Both the position numbers and the translations under genes were made by a program. Shown piece by piece: positions 58,271-64,000 of a stretch of DNA of 64,000 bases (position 1 is its first letter; each line of letters starts with the position of its first letter). Location: the NCBI GenBank assembly GCA_037447605.1, contig CM074822.1:829492-893491 (forward strand). The letters run 5' to 3'. Source of the stretch: Zygnema circumcarinatum SAG 698-1b. Its lineage: Eukaryota > Plantae > Zygnematophyceae. Below the pieces are notes generated by a model. It did no database searches. It was given only the letters and a program-made list of their open reading frames with translations, and was not told the origin of the DNA.

Positions 58271-59222
58271 TATCATGTAAACAATGCGAAACAGCTATGA
58301 AGAAGAACCTGAACCCGAATGCTTATGACCTCTATAAACACAGAAATATAAGCCACCTGCAACCATGTATCAACTGTTCCAATCAACAAAATCCAGTTTG
58401 GGCTATCCAAAAAAGACAAGTTTTATCTGCAAAGGAGGACCTACCTCGCTTACCGCGCCCTTTGCAGACGGGGCAGAGCTGCAAGCACAAAAAGCCGGTA
58501 ACACATATATTCAGTTCCGTAAACCACTTTTGAGGTTATTAAGAGTGTCCTCCTGCGAATTAGCAAAACATTGTCTTTCTGTCGAATGTAGAGAAACCAA
58601 CCGAATTGAAGAAATAAAAGTTTTAAAAGTTTTTTAAAGGATTTGCAACTGAGTAGAAGTACACACGTTGTTGCCGACACCCAAACATGAGAGGCACTTT
58701 CGGGGTCTCTGCAGCCCTCCATTCCCATAGCTCGTGATGGGGAAAAGAAAAAATAAACAACTCGATATTTACGATGAAAAGTTCACCCCCCTAACTCTAT
58801 CCTCACGTATGTCAACTTGAATAAATGCTTGGTTCTTATGTGTGCATTTGTGAGTGAAAACGAAAGAGGTCAGCAAACGAAGATGCTGGATAAAAATCGA
58901 CTTTCTAACCTAGCTCCCTTTCCTCCCTCTCTCCCTCCTATCCTCCCTCTCTCCCTCCCCTCCCTCCCTACCTCCCTCCCTCACTCCCATCCCTTCCATC
59001 CCTCACTCCCTCCCTCCTTTCCCCATCTTCTCCCTCCCCTCCCTCCCTCCCTCTCTCCCTCCCTCCCTCTCCTCTCCTCGTCTCCCCTCCCCACCCTCGG
59101 CCCCTCGCTCCCACCAGCACGGCCCGCGCCGCCCTCCCCATGGCGGGCGCGGCCGCGGGCAGCAGCACCACCCCGAGCACCGCCGCCGCGCCCGCCCACG
59201 CGGGCTCCGCTCCGCCCGCCAT
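57960..59222 (-). CDS. Small DnaJ-type zinc-finger protein (four CxxCxGxG motifs, no J domain), 125 aa
   Basis: Phase-consistent exons 59222-59095, 58730-58667, 58478-58445 and 58111-57960 give ..KCLSCLGVGNNLCPVCKGRGKRGGVFTGEKLLKCPACGGRGRELCSPCEGGGLANSWLYQPAKNGGWGPRGE*. Confidence 0.85.
58172..58264. repeat. (TA)n microsatellite in the last intron of the zinc-finger gene
   Basis: Direct observation. Confidence 0.95.
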
Positions 59223-59307
59223 GGCCGCCTCCCGCCTCTCGCCTGCCCGCCTGCCTGCCTGCCTGCCCCCCAGGCGTTGGCGCCATGGCCTCGAGGCTCC
59301 TTCCAGC

Positions 59308-59798
59308 TCGATATTATCGTCTTCAGTTCAGTTCGATATATCGTTATCAAATCGGCTCGATATTATTGTGATAAACATGGATCAATATTATCGTTCAAAG
59401 TCCAGTACGATAATATCGTTGTCAGTTCGGTTCAATATTATCGTGGTCAGTTTGGTTAGATATTATCGTGATAGGTTTGGTTCGATATTATTGTAATCGG
59501 GATGGATCGATATTATCGTTTTCAGTTCAGTCGATAGTATTGTGATCAGTTCGGTTTGACAGTATCGTGATTGTGCTGGCTCGATACTATCGTGATCAAT
59601 GCTGTTCGTTATTATCGTGATCGGCTTGATACGATATTATCGCCCTCGAATTTGTACGATATTATCATCACGGGTTTGGCTCAATATTATCGAGGGCAGT
59701 TTGGTTAGATATTATGGATAGATTCGGAACGATATTGCGATCAGTTTAGTTAGATATTATCCTACTCCGTTCGGTTCGATATTATCGGTTTGGTTCAG
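59308..59798. repeat. 20-unit, 25-bp phased array with conserved dyad core CGATA-N-TATCG
   Basis: Consensus TCGATATTATCGTGATCAGTTTGGT. Fifteen of the 19 complete units are exactly 25 bp. Confidence 0.92.
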
Positions 59799-59888
59799 TG
59801 GAGCAGCCAGGCCCTCTTGCAGGCTAGTTCCTCCCTCCCTCCCTCCCGCCCTCCCTCTCTCCCTCTCCCCCCTCCCTCTCTCGCAACT

Positions 59889-62709
59889 ATGACCGCTCTC
59901 GCTGCCATACGGTGCTCCCTCTCCCCCTCCCCCTCCCTCTCCCTCTCCCTCTCCCACTCCCTCTCCCCCCCGCAGATTCCCTCTCTTCGCCCTTCCACTC
60001 CCTTGCGTCCCTCTCTCTCCTCCCCCTCAATCTCTCAGTCCCGTCGAACGCAAGCCCTAAAGGCGAGCATCCGCCCCGCGGTCCCCTCCTCCTCCCTCCT
60101 TCCAAGGCGTGGATTTCTCTCCCGGGTTTCGAAGGGTCTGTGGAGCCTCCTGCTTGTCGCCGGCGGGGGGGGGATGTCGCAGCCATGGCCGGCACTCGCA
60201 AGGGCGAAAGCAAGCGAAGCGGAAGAGGTCAGCGGAATTAGGGTTAATGAGAAATTCAGTTTTTCCCGCAACAGACTGATTTTTTGCTCTGAAGTTTGAA
60301 ATATTTGCTCGATTTTTTACTTAGCTTAAATGGATTCTTTTTGCATTTTCAACTCACTTTTGTCATGTAACCGGCAGTGTCCATACCTTAACCATCGCCA
60401 TGAACGAAACTTCTTTCCTTCAGATATTGAAAAATGTGGAATGGCCGGAGACATGGCCGTTCAAGCCGGAAAACTTTTCACGATACGACGAGTAGGCATC
60501 CCAACCGCTCCTTTTTTCTTAAAAAATCACCTTATCAATCTCTTTCTTAACACTTCATCGTTTAACAACGCCGTTCTTTGTGGCTTAACTGTGATACCGT
60601 GTCTTATTTATAATTCTAGGCGCAAATACGGAAGTTATATTTTCCTTAACCAGCTTAAACAATTACATATCTGATGCCTTTACTTGATGGTAGTTGTGAA
60701 GCACGTACGTTACTTTGTTGACGTATTTAGCGTTAGTTCTTCAACTTTAATAGCAGTCATGCACAACTCCTGAACATAAAACCCTTCCTGTGACAAAGGA
60801 AGCCCAAAGAGCCCAAAGAGCCCAAACCCTAAACATCCGGAACAGGGTGCAGGTCTGAAATAATTCCTTAACTTTTGAGCGGTTTTTACTGCTTCACAGA
60901 TCTGTGGATACACTCTTCTATTCTTCCCCTCGCTTCGTTACCCATATTGACGATCCGGCCATTAGGGCCCTTACCAAATACTATGCCTCCGTGTTTCCCC
61001 CCAGCAACACGGCAAACGTTGCCATTTTGGACATGTGCAGTAGCTGGGTGGGTTTCTGAACTTTTGGGCTCTGCCTTTAAGGGATGTGGGGTCAAGCTCG
61101 AAAGGATGGGTGGAACCATGAGAGCAAGGAGAGGGGAAGAGAGGACAAGGGAATAGAAGTTCAACTGAAGGGGGGTTCTGGGTGATGCAGATTAGTCACT
61201 ATCCTGCTGGCTATAAACAGGAGAGGATTGCAGGCCTTGGTCTCAATGACGAGGAGTTAAAACGAAATCCGGTACGTCCTTAATGTCGCATAAGTTTACA
61301 AATCAAGACCGCAGGAGTGTATGTCTTGTGGTTGGGAAGGGGGGGAGGGGAGAGATGGAGAGAGAGAGAGACAGAGAAAGTGAGAGAGAGAGGAGTGGTG
61401 AGAGAGAGAGAGAGGGAGAGCTGAGGAGAGGGATTGACAGTTGTAATGGCAGACTGATTACGCAGTAGTAAGGTGGATTTTTCCTCCCTTCTTATGACCT
61501 TCGTGGCGGTGATGTTGATGTTGATGATGCAGGTGTTGACAGAATATGTTGTCCGTGATTTGAATGTGGATCCAACTTTACCGTTTGACGATAATTCCTT
61601 CGACATCATCACTAACGCGGTATTGCATCAGTGCGTTCCCACAATGTGAACTCTCAATCACGCTCTCTTTGACGGAAGGTTAACTTAAACTCTAATCCTA
61701 AAACTCACACTATGAACAAACCTCTTGAAATCATTACAAGTCTTGAATGTCCTATGAATGAAAGAGTTATTTTCTGACTTTGCATTCTGCTGCAGGTAAG
61801 TGTTGACTACCTGTCTCGGCCTTTGGAGGTTTTCCGAGAAATGCACCGAGTTTTGAAACCAGGTGGATTGGCAGCAATGAGGTAATTTCCTCTCAATTAC
61901 GGACTTGAAGGGGGAAGGGAGAAACTTATTCTCAAGCTGGGAGTTGGAGAGACCGATGGCCAGTCAGTCAGTCAGTCAGTTAGTCGGAGTCAGTTAGTCA
62001 GAGGCATTGGAGATGAAAACATCTACAAACGAACCATACTTTGACTTTATGGATGGTAAATACTGGGGGAGCAGTTTTGAATAGCCCATCCCCCCCTTCT
62101 CCCTCCCCCCCCCCCTTCTCTTTCCCCCCCTCTTTCCCCCCCTCTTTCCCCCCTCATCCTTGTTTTATATTTCACATTTGGCCCTTCCAATCCCATTCTG
62201 ATCCTGTCGATTGTGTGGCGAATTGCGGTGCAGTTTTTCCAATCGATGCTTTTGGACGAAGGCGATCGAAATTTGGACTGCGACAGGAGATGTGGACCAC
62301 TGCTTCATTGTGGGGGCCTACTTCCACTACGCAGGAGGGTTCGAGCCTCCGCAGGTAGCCACTAAAGCATAAAATCAGCAAGAAATAATTCATTTTGGAG
62401 TTACGTAATATTTTATACTATAGATTAATGGATAAAAACAACACTTGTTTCAAGTATATGTAATTTGGAAAAATTATGATTTCTGGAGGATATTTCTGCC
62501 CTCTTAGTAGCAGTGGTGCAGAATGAGAGAGGGGAGAGAGAGATAGAGAGTGGGAAGAGAGAGGGGCGGAAAGAGAGAGAGATGGGCGGAGCGAGATTGG
62601 AGGGGAGAGAGAGAGGGGAAGAGAAGGGAGAGAGGAGCGGGGAGAGAGAGAGGGGGAGGGAGAGAAAGAGGGATAGGGGCAGGAATAGAGAAAGAGGGGG
62701 AGAGAGAGG

Positions 62710-62753
<44 letters not shown>

Positions 62754-62865
62754 TGATTGTTAATTTTGTGGGGATGTGCTGTGGGTGAAGGCATTGGATA
62801 TTTCCCCTGCCCCGGGAAGGAGCGACCCCATGTATGTCGTCTTTTCGAGGAAGCTGGCGGCGTGA
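59889..62865 (+). CDS. Chloroplast-type SAM-dependent methyltransferase (Methyltransf_11-like; At4g29590-like)
   Basis: Transit-peptide exon 59889-60227, then WPETWPFKPENFSRYDE, FYSSPRFVTHIDDPAI, ILDMCSSWVSHYP, GLGLNDEELKRNP, FDDNSFDIITNAVSVDYL, VLKPGGLAAMSFSNRCFWTKAI, HYAGGFEPPQ and SDPMYVVFSRKLAA*. Confidence 0.93.
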
Positions 62866-63191
62866 GGCCGCCTCTGAAGGGGCCAAAAAAGAAAAAAGAA
62901 TACCTAATTTTTGAAGTGGGAGTCATTGATTTTCAAACGTCATTTTTTTCTTTTTTAAACATTAATTTTTTCTTCCTAAGGACGAGCCAACGGTGCATTG
63001 TAACACTGTTCTCGCTGACTTCAAGAAGCGCTGTTCTAGTTTTACGGATTATGTACTGAACGGATAACTGAACGGACATAGAACGATGTAAAGTAAGGAG
63101 CACATGCCATCATTGTTTTTTTGTCGTATTTGATGCAAATCCATGGCAGCATGTCCATGCATGCATGCGGCAATTCAATCCCCCACGGTGG

Positions 63192-63272
63192 ACCAGTCCC
63201 TCGTGGTTCCCCATGTTGCTGCTTTTGTCCATGCACATGTGATGGCATCATCGCCATGCGTGAGATCAATGC
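63192..63272 (+). repeat. Dispersed repeat fragment homologous to 22052-22125 (opposite strand)
   Basis: accagtccctcgtggttcc..ctgcttttgtccatg..tgatggc..tgagatcaatgc is shared between the two sites. Confidence 0.7.
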
Positions 63273-63738
63273 AATTTTCCCTCTCCCTTTTTCACATGGA
63301 GGACTATGTCTATGACTAAATCTGAAACTTGAAGGTATTTGGAGCAGAGCTGGTGGAGGTTATCAGTGGAAATATTGTGTACAAACCAATTTATATACTC
63401 ACAAGCCACGCAAGCTAAAAATTAATGGGTTTTTTGTATTTTTTATGTTATTTTCTGGTTATCGATTCCACCTTTTTTTTACCCGTTCTTTCACGTTTGC
63501 ATTCAGTTGGTGCATCGATGATGCGTGAGTGGACGAACAAGGAAAAGATGACATGTGGACACATGACCTTGCGTGTACCATCCAACATTTTGAACATTAT
63601 TTTCACTCGAACCAAACTATGCATACTAAATCAAGAAATGGACCTTCTTGAAAAGCAAACGTTCTTGTTCGGTTTAGAGTTTTTGTTTTTTTGTAAATAA
63701 ACAGTTTAATAATTTAATTTTCTCATCGCTCTCATCAA

Positions 63739-63812
63739 GTCCTCTTGGTGTAGTTGGTTATCACGCTAGTCTCACACACTAGAGGTCCCCAGTTCGAGCC
63801 TGGGGGAGGACA
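63739..63812 (+). tRNA. trnV-CAC: tRNA-Val(CAC)
   Basis: Acceptor stem GTCCTCT/GGAGGAC; A box TGGTGTAGTTGG; anticodon stem CTAGT/ACTAG around CTCACAC; T loop AGTTCGAGCC; upstream CAA and downstream T-runs. Confidence 0.95.
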
Positions 63813-64000
63813 CTGGTGTAGAGACGCCTTTTACCTTTTTCTTCGCGTTTCTGCTCTACGTACCAAAAGTACATTACCGTACTGTCCCCCGCCACGCAAC
63901 TGACAAGCATGGAACGCCTGGCAAGGTGTACCCTGTCGTACAGTAGGGGGTCCTCATATTTTCCACCCTGGTTCCGGCCAAAATGAGGCGAAAATATTAA

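Noticed and set aside
59308-59798. CRISPR-like appearance (conserved palindromic repeat plus variable spacer)
   Set aside because: Linkers are only about 12 bp and resemble one another, there are no cas genes, and the context is a eukaryotic promoter. Kept as a phased dyad array instead.

Overview
This is eukaryotic, intron-rich, plant-type nuclear DNA. A streptophyte alga or early-diverging plant is likely, inferred from a WRC-JmjC gene, plastid-type presequences, a plant-type tRNA and CCCTAAA teloboxes. Most of the ORF track is spurious translation of GA/CT low-complexity introns. I reconstructed nine spliced protein genes by hand: an orphan single-pass PPxY membrane protein (+), a full-size ABCA transporter with a PAN/Apple module on its own exon (-), a KDM3/JMJ25-family demethylase (-), a GT61 glycosyltransferase (+), PYD1 (-), SURF1 (+), an AAAP/SLC38-type amino acid transporter (-), a small DnaJ-type zinc-finger protein (-) and a chloroplast-type SAM methyltransferase (+). 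There is also one tRNA-Val(CAC). The intergenic DNA holds at least three non-autonomous inverted-repeat element families, a dispersed palindromic CCAWTGG satellite, and dense GTAC clusters. The most unusual feature is a 20-unit, 25-bp phased array of a dyad motif (CGATA-N-TATCG) with divergent linkers. It fills almost the whole space between two head-to-head genes. Two large exact duplications abut 10-N gaps (7734-10881 direct; 54494-55783 inverted) and are probably at least partly assembly artefacts. No CRISPR array, rRNA or autonomous transposase ORF was seen.
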